Shown one piece after another: positions 1-10,977 of a stretch of 32,000 bases of DNA. The stretch comes from Planctomycetales bacterium (GTDB lineage Bacteria; 4484-113; JAFGCY01): NCBI GenBank assembly GCA_022646745.1, contig CP060262.1, forward strand, positions 1,620,001 through 1,652,000, given 5' to 3'. The translations under genes and the position numbers were made by a program. Position 1 is the stretch's first letter. The number at the start of each line of letters is the position of its first letter. The notes below the pieces were generated by a model. That model saw only the letters and a program-made list of their open reading frames with translations. It was not told the DNA's origin and made no database searches.

Positions 1-873
1 GTGCTGCCCGGTGGGATCCCGATCATCGCCTATGGCCAGACCGGCAACAGCGGCTACGACTTGTACTGCGTCAAGGCGGATGATTTCGCCGCCACAGGCT
101 GGTCCAGCCCAAGCCTCATTGATGGTGGCAACAACTATGGCATCGGTTCCAGCCTGCGCGTGATCAACACAATCCCCTGCGTCGCGGTCTATGACCCGTC
201 CAAGTCCAGCGGCTCCAGCTATGTGCTGTACTTCCAGGCCAATGACGGCATGGGTACAACCTGGAAGTTGCCACAGATCGCGCTGATGGCCGCCCCCGGC
301 GTGGACTTTGAGAGCATCACACTGGGCCGGGCGACTGACGGGCTGTTCAAGGATCCGATCATCGCCGCCGGCTACCGCAACGGACTGGTTCACACTGGTA
401 CCTACATCACCTCTGCCAGCAATATCGACGGCACGAGCTGGGATGCGCCCACAGTGCTTGAAGGCTGGACGACGCGCGGCAACTTCGTGGATGTGAACGG
501 CAAGCCGGCCTATGTTGGCAGCGAGCTTGGCAAGACCGCCCCGGCCGGTTCGTTCATCAGGTCGCTGGACGGCGATGGCAATGCCTGGCCCACTGAGATG
601 ACCGAATATGCAGACAGCTCGATTGCCAATGTCTGCCTGGCCGTCGATGGCCGGCCGGAGATCTACTACCAGGACGGACCGACCAGCCGCCTGTTGAAGG
701 TCCGGGCCAGCGATGATGACGCCACAGCCTGGAGCGAGCCAGAACTGGTCTGGAACTACATGGGTGAGTACGAGTGCGAACTGAACGGGACCGTGGTGAA
801 CGGCAAGCCCGTGCTGGCCTACGTGTACTGGAGTGGCAATACCAAGGAAATCCGCTGCCTGAGCTGGTATTAG
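1..873 (+). CDS. 3' part of an exported beta-propeller repeat protein (5' end lies outside the window)
   Basis: The ORF is open to the window edge. It has ~45-50 aa repeats, each with a G-x-P-x-hydrophobic-A-Y strand (GGIPIIAY, NTIPCVAVY, KDPIIAAGY, NGKPAYVG, DGRPEIYY, NGKPVLAYVY) followed by a conserved Trp (TWK, SWD, AWP, AWS). The C-terminal half of the 7430..9463 product uses the same repeat type. Confidence 0.8.
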   Translation: MLPGGIPIIAYGQTGNSGYDLYCVKADDFAATGWSSPSLIDGGNNYGIGSSLRVINTIPCVAVYDPSKSSGSSYVLYFQANDGMGTTWKLPQIALMAAPGVDFESITLGRATDGLFKDPIIAAGYRNGLVHTGTYITSASNIDGTSWDAPTVLEGWTTRGNFVDVNGKPAYVGSELGKTAPAGSFIRSLDGDGNAWPTEMTEYADSSIANVCLAVDGRPEIYYQDGPTSRLLKVRASDDDATAWSEPELVWNYMGEYECELNGTVVNGKPVLAYVYWSGNTKEIRCLSWY

Positions 874-887
874 GTCCGGCGCTATGA

Positions 888-1451
888 TTGCTGCGGATGC
901 CACTTTGCACTGACTGCACTGCGATGGGCTGCGCGCGCTGCCGGCTGGCTGGCAACGCAGCTGCCGGGTCCGCGCGGCCCGGCTCCCCGTTCGCAGTGCT
1001 GCATGACATACCGGTGGATTTCCGCATCCGCGACTGCGCGCAGCCATTCTTCCCCCTGCTGTGCGAGACCTGGCGGGTTCTGCAGGTGCAGCCGGAGGGT
1101 TACTGGAGAAGTGGCATGCAGGCAGCATTGCGCAGCGTACGCTTCAGGGTCATGCCGATGTACGCTGACGAGGTCCGCGGCATCCGCAATCCGCGCGGAC
1201 ACACCATCCCGCTGCTGACAAACTCTATCCGCCTGCGCGAGGACGTCGCGCGGGGCTGCTCAGCCAGTGACGTACAGCTGCTGCTGCACGAGCTGGCCCA
1301 TCGCTGCGGTGCGGTGCTGCCGGAGTGGAAGCTGTGGTTCCCCTGGTGGTTCAGCCAGGGCGAGATTTACGGGCGGCGGGTCAACTCCGCCGACGCCATC
1401 TCCATCGCGATGATGGAACGCTACTGCAACATGGTCCGCTGGCCGGACTGA
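888..1451 (+). CDS. hypothetical Cys-rich protein with an HExxH (zinc-metallopeptidase-like) motif
   Basis: Third-position GC is high through the ORF. The motif LLLHELAHRCG contains HExxH. The N-terminus carries CTDC...GCARC (two CxxC pairs). The track ORF starts at TTG 888; ATG 897 or ATG 924 are alternative starts. No family was recognised with certainty. Confidence 0.55.
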   Translation: MLRMPLCTDCTAMGCARCRLAGNAAAGSARPGSPFAVLHDIPVDFRIRDCAQPFFPLLCETWRVLQVQPEGYWRSGMQAALRSVRFRVMPMYADEVRGIRNPRGHTIPLLTNSIRLREDVARGCSASDVQLLLHELAHRCGAVLPEWKLWFPWWFSQGEIYGRRVNSADAISIAMMERYCNMVRWPD

Positions 1452-1477
1452 TTCGGACTGCCTGCTAAACACATCGC

Positions 1478-1571
1478 AGATATTAAAGATATAATATATA
1501 TGTCATTAAGCTAGAGCGGGACATCCGGAAAGTCCCGCCGGGCAGCTGCCGGGCGGGCAAAGGAGGCCAGT
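1478..1571 (+). promoter_or_regulatory. AT-rich GATAT-repeat block with TATAAT, a GC hairpin leader and an SD upstream of the 1572 gene
   Basis: An AT-rich island in GC-rich DNA (cagatattaaagatataatatatatgtcattaag) contains TATAAT at 1490-1495. A hairpin gcgggac/gtcccgc sits at 1516-1538. The SD aaaggagg is at 1558-1565, 6 nt before ATG 1572. The layout is similar at 7321-7429. Confidence 0.45.
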
Positions 1572-4316
1572 ATGTCCCTCAGCCGCTGCCTTGCATTGTT
1601 GCTGCTCGTTTCGCTTGCAATCCACATTTCCTGTTCAGCCCCCGGCACTGCTCCCCTGGACGGCCCCGTGCTGCCGGCTCAGGGTGGCATGCAATCCGTC
1701 GTACCAGCCCAGCTTCCCGTTGATTCGATACAGCCCTGGGAATCAGCTGACGGCCGTTACGCGTCAGCCACGGGAGCTGAGAGCATGGTGCTGGCCGGCA
1801 GCCAGCGTTACCTTGAATCCGGCACTGTGACGGATTACGGTCAGGCTTCGCGCCTGCACTCAGGCGCTTCCGGTCCGGCCTGGGCGATGTACCGGATCCC
1901 GCTGTCCGGGCAGGCCCCGGGGATTGTCAGCATCGATGCCAACCGGATCGCGGGGCAGGGCTTCTACGTCGGCCTGTCGGATTATGCGCATGGGCGCTGG
2001 CAGTGGCGCGGGCCAATCAGCGAAGGCCAGCTCCGGCTGGCAACGGCGGACGAACCCGGCCTGCTGAGCCCGCTTGGCAACCTGTTCATCGTGGTGCTGG
2101 CGGCAGCTGAAAGCACGCTGGACCTTGTCTGCGTGGCCGCCGACCCGCTGGATCCGCTGGACCAGCTGGCTCCGCCGGTTCCTGACGGCCTGCATGTGAC
2201 AGCGCTGCAGAGTGGACTGCTGCTGGGCTGGGACGCCGTCTCGGCGGATGACCTTGCTGGCTACCGCATCCACTACGCAACGCGATACTTCACGAATCCC
2301 GGATCAGCTGGATTGACAAGCATCCAGTCGCTGCAGGGCCGGCGGGAAATGCTGCTGCCCCTGCCGGCAGTGACCCACTGGCTGCGGGTGTCGGCGATTG
2401 ACCGCTCGGGCAACAGCTCCGCTCCAAGCGGGATTGTGTCCGCCCGGCCCCTGCCAGGTGCCCCGCTGCCGCTGGAAATCACGGTCAGTGCGGCATCCGG
2501 AGGGATCGGGGAAGCGGTCCAGCTCAGCGCAGCCGGTGCCGTAAGCTTTGACTACGACACTGACGGTGATGGTGAGTGGGATGTGATCAACAGCCCGCTG
2601 GCAACCGTGGCACTCGACACCTCCCTGCCGGGCGTGCTGCGCCCGGCGGTGCGCGCCCACGGTGTGGATGGCACGGTGCAGGCCCTGGCAGTGCTCAGTG
2701 TGCTGCTGTCCGCCAATGGCCGGCCGGTGGCACTCGCGCTGGCCAGCCCGGGCATGGGCGAGGCACCGCTGGCCGTCAGCCTGGACGCCACGCAGTCCAC
2801 AGACCCGGATGGCAGCATCACCGGCGGTGGCTGGGATTTCGACGGCGACGGCAGCTACGATGCATGGTCGGACGATGACTTCGCTTCCATCGCCCAGCTC
2901 GAGCACGTCTATACCAGCCCCGGGCTGTACAACCTGCGCCTGCGGGTGGTTGACAACCATGGCAACTGGGACGTTGACAGCCTGGCGATCCTCGTCGGCG
3001 GGCAGGACCCCGCCAACCAGCCACCCGTGGCCGTGCTCACGGCTGACCACAGCTCTACCTGCGCGCCGTTCACGGTCAGATTCGATGCTTCCGCCAGCTC
3101 CGACTCTGACGGCGGCATCGTGCTCTACGAGTGGGACCCGGATGGCGACGGCAGTTTCGAGGAGTCCGGCGGCACAGCCAGCTGCACGTACACCTACCCT
3201 GAACGCGGCACCTACATTGCACTGCTGCGGGTGACTGACGACCGTGGTGCGACCGCCACTGCCTCATTTGGCATCGCGCTGCCCGGGCAGCATGCAATGG
3301 ACGGGCTGGACTACGGCATGCGCCGCCGCAGTCCATTCGCCGGGCCGGACAGTGCCACGCTGGCCTGGACCTATGACACCGGCGCTGCCGTTGTCAACGC
3401 CTCGCCCGCCATCGGTGCCGACGGCACCGTCTACATCGGCAGTGACAACTATGCCCTGCACGCGATCCGGCCGGACGGCACGGAACGCTGGACCTTCACC
3501 ACCACGGGCTGGGTCGAGTCCCCGGTCGCGATCACGGATGACGGCACCCTCGTTTTCGGTTGCGGTGATGACAGGCTGTATGTCGTCAGCCCGGTCGGGC
3601 AGCTGCTGGGAATGTACAGCACCCTGGACTGGATCAATGGTGGCGCACTGGTCTGGAAGGATGGCCGGGTGATCTTCGGCGGCTGGGATTCCCGCCTGCG
3701 TGTGCTGCGGCCGGATGGCACGCTGCACTGGAGCTTCGTATCCACCGGCTCAATCAGGAGTTCACCAGCCGTGGACTCTGCCGGCAACATCTACTTCGGC
3801 TGCATGGATGGCAACCTGTACAGCCTTGACCTCAACGGTGCACTGCGCTGGACATTCCCGGCGGGAGACGACCTGCTGGGATCACCGGCCGTGAATGATG
3901 ATGGCGATATCTGCTTTGGCAGCCTCGATGGGAAGCTCTACTGCATCAGTGCGGAAGGATCCGAGCAATGGACCTTCACAGCCGGCGGCCCGATCCGCAG
4001 TGCACCGGCCATTGCCTGGGACGGGACGGTGCTGTTTGGCTGCGATGACAACAAGCTGTATGCCCTGCATCCGGATGGCAGCCTCGACTGGAGCTTCCCG
4101 ACGGGCGGCGACATCCTGGCGGACCCAGTGGTGGACGTGCGTGGTGTCGTGTACGTCGGCAGCCTGGACAACAGCATGTACGCCGTCAACCCCGATGGCA
4201 CACAGCTCTGGATCTACGTCACCGGGCACGACGTGCGTGGCAACGCCGCGATCAGTGCGGACCACAGGCTGTACTTCGGTAGCTGGGACACGAACGTATA
4301 CTGCATCGGTGACTGA
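1572..4316 (+). CDS. large exported (lipobox-like) protein: N-terminal family-specific module, FN3-like domain, 2-3 PKD domains and a C-terminal PQQ-like beta-propeller
   Basis: Signal peptide MSLSRCLALLLLVSLAIHISC. PKD signatures are present (LDATQSTDPDGSITGGGWDFDGDGSYD...LRVVDNHG and FDASASSDSDGGIVLYEWDPDGDGSFE...LRVTDDRG). About 8 repeats match the PQQ-like/BamB-like type (GTVYIGSDNYALHAIRPDGTERWTF, GNIYFGCMDGNLYSLDLNGALRWTF and others). A strong SD precedes the start. Confidence 0.9.
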   Translation: MSLSRCLALLLLVSLAIHISCSAPGTAPLDGPVLPAQGGMQSVVPAQLPVDSIQPWESADGRYASATGAESMVLAGSQRYLESGTVTDYGQASRLHSGASGPAWAMYRIPLSGQAPGIVSIDANRIAGQGFYVGLSDYAHGRWQWRGPISEGQLRLATADEPGLLSPLGNLFIVVLAAAESTLDLVCVAADPLDPLDQLAPPVPDGLHVTALQSGLLLGWDAVSADDLAGYRIHYATRYFTNPGSAGLTSIQSLQGRREMLLPLPAVTHWLRVSAIDRSGNSSAPSGIVSARPLPGAPLPLEITVSAASGGIGEAVQLSAAGAVSFDYDTDGDGEWDVINSPLATVALDTSLPGVLRPAVRAHGVDGTVQALAVLSVLLSANGRPVALALASPGMGEAPLAVSLDATQSTDPDGSITGGGWDFDGDGSYDAWSDDDFASIAQLEHVYTSPGLYNLRLRVVDNHGNWDVDSLAILVGGQDPANQPPVAVLTADHSSTCAPFTVRFDASASSDSDGGIVLYEWDPDGDGSFEESGGTASCTYTYPERGTYIALLRVTDDRGATATASFGIALPGQHAMDGLDYGMRRRSPFAGPDSATLAWTYDTGAAVVNASPAIGADGTVYIGSDNYALHAIRPDGTERWTFTTTGWVESPVAITDDGTLVFGCGDDRLYVVSPVGQLLGMYSTLDWINGGALVWKDGRVIFGGWDSRLRVLRPDGTLHWSFVSTGSIRSSPAVDSAGNIYFGCMDGNLYSLDLNGALRWTFPAGDDLLGSPAVNDDGDICFGSLDGKLYCISAEGSEQWTFTAGGPIRSAPAIAWDGTVLFGCDDNKLYALHPDGSLDWSFPTGGDILADPVVDVRGVVYVGSLDNSMYAVNPDGTQLWIYVTGHDVRGNAAISADHRLYFGSWDTNVYCIGD

Positions 4317-4493
4317 TGCAGCCAAAACTCAGTCCGCCGGTCCGTGCCAGTGCTCCGAATGGTCCGATCCGCCGGTGCCGTCCGGAGAGCTACCCGCGCA
4401 CGGCCGCCACTGGCGGGGCAGCCACGCGCTGCAGGGTGTGGTGATTCTGTGGAGGAGCACCTGAGGCTGGGGCGCATGCGGTACTAATAGCCC

Positions 4494-6017
<1,524 letters not shown>

Positions 6018-6020
6018 AAA

Positions 6021-6044
6021 AGGCCGGCCCCGCAGGACCGGCCT
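6021..6044. terminator. hairpin between convergent genes (possible bidirectional terminator)
   Basis: The stem aggccgg/ccggcct has a 10-nt loop. It is preceded by aaaa on the + strand, which gives a T-run for the minus-strand transcript. Confidence 0.45.
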
Positions 6045-6070
6045 GTCTGCATTCTCCAGTTGCCTATCAG

Positions 6071-7213
6071 CTACAGTGCGCCGTCCACCCCGCTCATCAT
6101 GAACACCATGATCCCGCCGTCCATCGGCAGGTCCATGTAGAGCACTGCATTCTCGAGATGCCAGCTGACCACCGTGGGCAGGAAGCGCTCGAAGTGCGCG
6201 TCCATCCCGTCCGGGTTCAGCGCCCTGGTCATCGCGAGGTTGACGATGTCTAGGCTGCCGTTTTCCGTCACACTGTACTTGCCGCTGAAGCTGTTGATGC
6301 CGGCCCGGCCACTGACGCTGTTGTCGGAGTTGAACTGCACCCAGCTGGAATCCACCAGGCTGCCGTCAGCGTTCTGCGCCGCACTTTCCTTCGTGTCATC
6401 CATGTACTGGATCTCATACAGCACCCATTGCTTGTCCTGCAGGATGCCAAGGTCGTAGCGCTGGTCGTCAGCGGGCGTCATACCGCCACCGCTGGACTTG
6501 AACAGCGGGGCGATGAAGCCTCCATAGTCAAGCCCGTCCAGTGACTGCCAGGGACAGAGTACCGTGGCAGTGCCCTCGGCACCGGCGCCCAGTTCGCCCT
6601 TGTCGAACATGAACATGATCCCGCCCGGGGTGATGACGAACTGGTCCGCCTGCTCTCCGCTCAGTTCAGTCCAGCTGCCGTCCTGCACATAGCTTGGCGG
6701 TGTGTCCTGCGCCAGCAGTTCCTCACGTGCGACCTTCGAGCAGATCCCATATGGGTCGTAGCCCGGCAGGAAGAAGTCTGGCAATCCAAGCTCGCGGGGC
6801 CTGTTGCCATCCATCGCATAGTTCACCACACTGAATGAGCTCATGCCATTGGCGCCGCCGGTAGCCGCATAGCGCTCGACGTAACCGCTGCACAGCGTCG
6901 GCGTGTCCAGCGTGACCACCGGGCTGGCCTCCAGGTAGAACAATGCCGGCGAACCGTAGCTGCGCAGCTCCGGAATCTCGCGCATCGCATCACTGAGGAA
7001 GTCGTGGAACTCAACCATCGTCTTCGCCTCACCGATCGCGTTGGCCAGCGTGGCGACCTGGCTGCCGGAGTTGAAGTGCGGATACTCCACGCTGATGTCC
7101 CAGTTGCCTTCATTCCGTTCCGTCATCGGTGCGGCTGACGCCGGACTGGCGGCATACATTGCTATGAATATTGCCGCTGCGAGCATTGCCAGTGATTTTC
7201 CTGCTTTGAACAT
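6071..7213 (-). CDS. exported protein with a C-terminal META (HslJ-like) domain and a possible DUF3298/RsiV-like N-terminal region
   Basis: Start moved to ATG 7213, which has the SD aggaga 6 nt upstream. This gives the signal peptide MFKAGKSLAMLAAAIFIAMYAASPASA. The META-like segment is QWVLYEIQY...VQFNSDNSVSGRAGINSFSGKYSVTENGSLDIVNLAMTRA. The N-terminal domain assignment is less certain. Confidence 0.85.
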   Translation of the reverse strand: MFKAGKSLAMLAAAIFIAMYAASPASAAPMTERNEGNWDISVEYPHFNSGSQVATLANAIGEAKTMVEFHDFLSDAMREIPELRSYGSPALFYLEASPVVTLDTPTLCSGYVERYAATGGANGMSSFSVVNYAMDGNRPRELGLPDFFLPGYDPYGICSKVAREELLAQDTPPSYVQDGSWTELSGEQADQFVITPGGIMFMFDKGELGAGAEGTATVLCPWQSLDGLDYGGFIAPLFKSSGGGMTPADDQRYDLGILQDKQWVLYEIQYMDDTKESAAQNADGSLVDSSWVQFNSDNSVSGRAGINSFSGKYSVTENGSLDIVNLAMTRALNPDGMDAHFERFLPTVVSWHLENAVLYMDLPMDGGIMVFMMSGVDGAL

Positions 7214-7320
7214 AGGGTCTCTCCTGGCCAGGCTGGCCAACTATCACTACCCTCATCATGAAGCCTGAGTCTTGCGAAAGTGTGGAGATGCTGAATCAAG
7301 CGGCTTGATGGAGTAACTCA

Positions 7321-7429
7321 ATGTGCATTATCCAAAAATGCGGATATAACAGATTTGATATATACTTTATTGATATTCCATCTGCGGCGAGCCGACTTGC
7401 CGCCGCAATCTCCGGCAAAGGAGACCAGA
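7321..7429 (+). promoter_or_regulatory. AT-rich GATAT-repeat block, GC hairpin leader and SD upstream of the 7430 gene
   Basis: The AT-rich block reads gcggatataacagatttgatatatactttattgatattcc. A hairpin tgcggcg/cgccgca sits at 7383-7407. The SD aaaggag is at 7417-7423, 6 nt before ATG 7430. This parallels 1478-1571. Confidence 0.45.
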
Positions 7430-9463
7430 ATGCGAATTCCTTCCAGCCTGCGGCTGCTTGCTTCCCTTGCACTGTCCGGCATGCTCGTTTCCTGCAGCGC
7501 CAGCCACCACCCAGCCACTGCACAGCTCTCACCGCAGCTTCCGGCGGACCAGCAGCCCGGCAGCTTCCCGCCCGCGACACAACTCCCCGGCCTCGCTGGA
7601 TTGCCGGCGGATGCAGCAGTGCTGCGCACAAGCAGTGAGAAGGCATATTCGTTCATCGGTACCGATTACAGCCTCGACCAGGGTGCCGGCAACCATCCGG
7701 TAGCGGGCAGTGATGCATACGCGCTGGATGTGCAGCCCGGCCAGTCAGCCTGGGCGATGTACAGCCTGAACCTGCCGGCCGGCGAATTGCCGCAGCGCTT
7801 CCGCCTGCATGTCAGTGACGAGGCGCTGGTCGGCCAGGCCGGTGATCCCTCCGCTCCCTACTGGGTGGCCGTTGCCGACTTCGACGCGGGCCGCTGGGAC
7901 TGGTTCGGCCCCTTCAGCGTCCATGAAGCGGATATCTACCTGCCGCCGGGAACCCAGGCCGGCTTCCTCAGTCCCCTGCGCAATGTGTACTGCAGCGTGC
8001 TCGGCTATGTCCCAGCGCAGGGCAGTGCCGCTTCGCCGGCAATCGAGGACGGCCTCCTGGCAACGGACGGAATCGGAGGCAATACGGCGCCGGAGGCCTT
8101 CCTCACGGCAACGCCGGAGAAGGGCCCGCCGGGCACGGCCGTCAGCCTCGATGCCTCGCTGTCATCCGACCCGGACGGCAGCATCGTGGATTACCAGTGG
8201 GACCTGGATGGCGACGGCCGGTATGGAGAAATCGGGCAGGAGGCGGCAGCAGGTGGCCAGTCAACTGTCCAGCTCACACTGGGGCAGCCGGGCAACTGGT
8301 TTGCGGCAGTGCGCGTGATTGATGACGACGGTGCCGCGGCGGCATTTGCAGTGGAGCTGACCAGCACAGGCTGGAGCTCGATGGTGCTTGTCAACGGTGG
8401 CACGCAGCCGGCCTATGCCCTTGGCCTGTGCGAGATTGACGGCAGTCCCGCCATTGCCTATTCACTGGGACAGCAGATGCGCTACGCGATCGCCAGCAGC
8501 CAGCTTGGTGCGCTGGCGACGGACTGGCTGCACAGCACGGTCTGGACGGAGCAGCCGTCATTCGTGGTGCAGGATGCGGCCTTCGCCGATGTCAACGGGT
8601 ATCCGGCAATCGCCTGGGGCCAGCTTGCCGAACCGCGCGATTTCCTCTACGCGCATTCCACTTCGGCAAGGGGCACAGCCGATACTGACTGGCAGCTGGT
8701 CACGGTTGATGACTACGCCGGAAAGGTTGGCGGGGCCTGCGACCTTGCCGTCGTCGGTGGTTTCCCGGCGGTGGCCTACAAGGAATTCACCACCACCGGC
8801 CTGCGTTACTCGATTGCCGATGACCAGTACGGGGCAGGCAACTGGACGATGATATTCGTTGACAACCATGAGGACAGCGGCAACCTTCCGAGCCTGATGG
8901 AGCATGCAGGCCGTCCATGGCTGCTGCATACGCGCATCTCCGAAAGCACGGTCGGATCCAGCCTCGCCATGATGCGCAGTGACAGTGCCACCGGGGGCAC
9001 GCCCGGGGACTGGTCCGCGCTGTTCGTGTTCAATGACCCGCTGGTTCCCTACTACACTGGCAACATTGCCAGGATCGGAAGCTCAATCGGCTTCACGTAT
9101 GCAGCAGAGCTTCAGCTGAACACACAGTACCGCATCGAGTATCGCTACCTGGATCCGGACAGCCAGGTCTGGCTTGGAGCATCACCCGGAACCTTCTTCC
9201 TGACCGGCCACGTGCCGCTGCTGATCGGCGATGGGCCCGGCATCGGAGTGCTGTACCTTGGCAGCAATGAGGTGCTCTACTACCTGCGCAATGCTGAAAA
9301 GGACGGTTCCGGCTCATGGGACACGGAGGTGATTGACACCATCAAGTACGACGCATTCACACCGTTCAGCCCGATGGAGATCGCAGAAATCAACGGGCAC
9401 ATCTGCGTGCTGGTGACGGAGGACGGCCTGTACCGCATCAAGTACGCGGTGCGCTATGACTGA
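7430..9463 (+). CDS. lipoprotein: N-terminal module shared with the 1572 gene, one PKD domain and a C-terminal beta-propeller of the G-x-P-A-I-A-Y repeat type
   Basis: Start moved from 7355 to ATG 7430 because of the SD. This gives MRIPSSLRLLASLALSGMLVSC with a canonical LVSC lipobox. The PKD signature is LDASLSSDPDGSIVDYQWDLDGDGRYG...VRVIDDDG. Blade motifs are DGSPAIAY, NGYPAIAW, GGFPAVAY and NGHICVLV. Confidence 0.9.
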   Translation: MRIPSSLRLLASLALSGMLVSCSASHHPATAQLSPQLPADQQPGSFPPATQLPGLAGLPADAAVLRTSSEKAYSFIGTDYSLDQGAGNHPVAGSDAYALDVQPGQSAWAMYSLNLPAGELPQRFRLHVSDEALVGQAGDPSAPYWVAVADFDAGRWDWFGPFSVHEADIYLPPGTQAGFLSPLRNVYCSVLGYVPAQGSAASPAIEDGLLATDGIGGNTAPEAFLTATPEKGPPGTAVSLDASLSSDPDGSIVDYQWDLDGDGRYGEIGQEAAAGGQSTVQLTLGQPGNWFAAVRVIDDDGAAAAFAVELTSTGWSSMVLVNGGTQPAYALGLCEIDGSPAIAYSLGQQMRYAIASSQLGALATDWLHSTVWTEQPSFVVQDAAFADVNGYPAIAWGQLAEPRDFLYAHSTSARGTADTDWQLVTVDDYAGKVGGACDLAVVGGFPAVAYKEFTTTGLRYSIADDQYGAGNWTMIFVDNHEDSGNLPSLMEHAGRPWLLHTRISESTVGSSLAMMRSDSATGGTPGDWSALFVFNDPLVPYYTGNIARIGSSIGFTYAAELQLNTQYRIEYRYLDPDSQVWLGASPGTFFLTGHVPLLIGDGPGIGVLYLGSNEVLYYLRNAEKDGSGSWDTEVIDTIKYDAFTPFSPMEIAEINGHICVLVTEDGLYRIKYAVRYD

Positions 9464-10284
9464 TAACTTTCAATCCCGAAGCGCTGGCGGATGCCTGCCA
9501 TCCAGGCCTCGTCGCCATGCATCTCGCGCTGGGCCACGATCGCCACGGCATCATCCCCCGCCTGGTAGCGCAGCCGGTCGCTGCCATCCGTCACCGCCGT
9601 CATGATCACCTCCGCCACCACGCTCGGGGGTGAGGTCTGCTCCAGTGATGCGCCGAAGCCGCTCCAGAGGTTCTGCACCACCGGCTGGTATTCGGCCATG
9701 GATTCGTCATTGGTGAAGTCAAAGCTGCGTCCGGCGAAGTCCGTGGCAATCGCACCGGGCTCCACGATCTTGACCCTGATGCCGATGTGGGCCAGTTCAT
9801 AACTCAGAGCTTCCGAAATCCCCTCGACCGCCCACTTCGTGCCGTGGTACAGCGTGCCCAGCGGGAAAGTCACTCGCCCGCCGATGGAGGAAATGTTGAC
9901 GATATGGCCTGAGCCTGCCCTGCGCATATGCGGTAGCACGGCCTTCGTGACCTCCAGCAGGCCCAGCACATTGGTGTCCCACTGGCGGCGGATGCCTTCC
10001 AGCGGGAAGGCCTCCAGCGGGCCATAGGCACCGTAGCCGGCATTGTTGACAAGCACGTCAATCCCGCCGAACCTATCAACAACCGCATTGACAGCGCTGC
10101 TGATCGACTGCGAATCCAGCACATCCAGCCGTGTAACTAGTACGTTGTCAAGTCCGCTGAGCTGTTCTTCCTTTTCCGGGCTGCGCATCGTGGCAACCAC
10201 ATTCCAGCCCGACTGCTGGAAATGCAGTGCCGTGGCCCTGCCGATGCCGCTGCTTGCTCCTGTGACCAGGATCGTGTTTCCCAT
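9454..10284 (-). CDS. short-chain dehydrogenase/reductase (classical SDR)
   Basis: TGASSGIGRA (TGxxxGxG), NNAG and YHGTK (YxxxK) are all present. Start moved to ATG 10284, which has the SD aaaggag 8 nt upstream. The 3' end overlaps the convergent 7430..9463 gene by 10 nt. Confidence 0.95.
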   Translation of the reverse strand: MGNTILVTGASSGIGRATALHFQQSGWNVVATMRSPEKEEQLSGLDNVLVTRLDVLDSQSISSAVNAVVDRFGGIDVLVNNAGYGAYGPLEAFPLEGIRRQWDTNVLGLLEVTKAVLPHMRRAGSGHIVNISSIGGRVTFPLGTLYHGTKWAVEGISEALSYELAHIGIRVKIVEPGAIATDFAGRSFDFTNDESMAEYQPVVQNLWSGFGASLEQTSPPSVVAEVIMTAVTDGSDRLRYQAGDDAVAIVAQREMHGDEAWMAGIRQRFGIESYQS

Positions 10285-10300
10285 GTTTCCGTGCTCCTTT

Positions 10301-10969
10301 CTACTGTTGCTCAAGTCCCCTGATGAGCGCTGCCAGCGTGCCGCTGAGCAGGGTGTGGATGTCCACCTTCATGTACTGCAGCTCGGGATGCTCCAGCACC
10401 CTGTCCACGACTTCGCCGGTGTTGCAGGTGCCGCTGAATCCCATGCACAGGCCGTAATATCCCTGCATCAGCACCGTCAGCTGCCCGTTGCCAAGGTCCG
10501 GCCTGGCGCTTGCCAGTGCCGCAAGCAGCACCTGCATGTCCGCCGTCCACTGCAGCTTCATGCGCAGGATCGCTTCCTCCCCGGCATTGCGCTCCAGCAC
10601 ACCGGTCAGCATAGGCATCAGCTTCAGGAGCAGGCTGCGGCCAGCCAGGGCAGTTGCCAGTGCATCGGCTATCCGGCCGGCATCCGGCCTGTTGCCAAGC
10701 GCCTGCACACCCGTGCTGGCAGCGCTGAGCCACTGCCCGACTTCCTCCGCATAGATCTCGAGGAAGATCTCCTCCATGGAGCCGAAGTAGCGGTAGAGAT
10801 TGCTCTTGGTGAAGCCCGCCTGGCGCGCCAGCTCATTGAGGCTCAGATCACGGAAGTCACTTTCCGCGAGCATGTCCCTTGCCGTGGCGAGGATCGCCCG
10901 TCGACGCTCCTCTATCTGCTCAGGCTGCCGCGCCCGGATCCATTCCTGCTGTTCCTGCTTCGTCATCAT
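10301..10969 (-). CDS. TetR/AcrR family transcriptional regulator
   Basis: N-terminal TetR HTH (RRRAILATARDMLAESDFRDLSLNELARQAGFTKSNLYRYFGS). Start placed at the ATGATG at 10969/10966, because the upstream 13 codons of the track ORF overlap an operator-like inverted repeat and the -10 box. Confidence 0.9.
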   Translation of the reverse strand: MMTKQEQQEWIRARQPEQIEERRRAILATARDMLAESDFRDLSLNELARQAGFTKSNLYRYFGSMEEIFLEIYAEEVGQWLSAASTGVQALGNRPDAGRIADALATALAGRSLLLKLMPMLTGVLERNAGEEAILRMKLQWTADMQVLLAALASARPDLGNGQLTVLMQGYYGLCMGFSGTCNTGEVVDRVLEHPELQYMKVDIHTLLSGTLAALIRGLEQQ

Positions 10970-10977
10970 AAGAGACT

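Noticed and set aside
9454-9463. A 10-nt overlap between the 3' ends of the convergent 7430..9463 and SDR genes.
   Set aside because: Convergent stop-codon overlaps are common in compact genomes. There is no evidence of a special function.
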